This document shows positions 33,666 to 33,891 of a stretch of 33,891 nucleotides of DNA, piece after piece. Origin of the DNA: Chiloscyllium plagiosum (taxonomy: Eukaryota); NCBI RefSeq assembly GCF_004010195.1, contig NW_025215128.1, positions 1 to 33,891 on the forward strand. The letters run 5' to 3'. A program made the translations under genes and the position numbers. Within the stretch, counting starts at the first letter, position 1; each line of letters starts with the position of its first letter. The notes below the pieces were generated by a model. It was given only the letters and a program-made list of their open reading frames with translations, had not been told where the DNA came from and searched no databases.

Positions 33666-33891
33666 CGCCTCAGGCGACGAATTGTGTAGAGTTTGCACGT
33701 TCTCTCCGTGTCTGCGTGGGTTTCCTCCGGGTGCTCCGGTTTCCTCCCACAGTCCAAAGATGTGCAGGTCAGGCGAATTGGCCATGCTAAATTGCCCATA
33801 GTGTTAGGTAAGGGGTAAATGTATGGGTGGGTTGCGCTTCGGCGGGTCGGTGTGGACTTGTTGGGCCGAAGGGCCTGTTTCCACACTGTAA
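33664..33891 (+). mobile_element. Young 5'-truncated HE1 SINE running to the window end
   Basis: cccgcctcaggcgac..gagtttgcacgttctctccgtgtctgcgtgggtttcctccggg..gggcctgtttccacactgtaa. Confidence 0.93.

Noticed and set aside
30255..33689. Long ORFs (up to 341 aa) on both strands
   Set aside because: By-products of the 23-bp satellite; they cycle through the same three peptide motifs and have no domain signature.

Overview
Eukaryotic, repeat-dominated draft-assembly window with three N gaps (13662-14219, 16711-16754, 28335-28754). It is almost certainly from a shark or other elasmobranch, inferred from HE1-type SINEs, CR1 LINEs and a GPR139-like GPCR. Most of it is decayed retroelements: CR1 LINEs, two Penelope-like elements (RT and GIY-YIG remnants), a Gmr1-type Gypsy LTR element and HE1/Deu-type SINEs. 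There are also two minisatellite arrays (46-bp and 23-bp units) and three local duplications. Host-gene content is the open 3' part of a GPR139-like GPCR on the minus strand, cut by a gap. Manual three-frame reading also suggests a heavily decayed minus-strand antigen-receptor-like Ig-superfamily gene (leader, V with adjacent J-like motif, possible second V, two to three C1-like exons) that the ORF track misses. About eight copies of a minimal hammerhead ribozyme motif, in two sequence families, sit at Penelope-type termini; the copy at 28929-28970 is nearly intact. Family calls come from recognising motifs by eye, not from database searches, and repeat boundaries are approximate.
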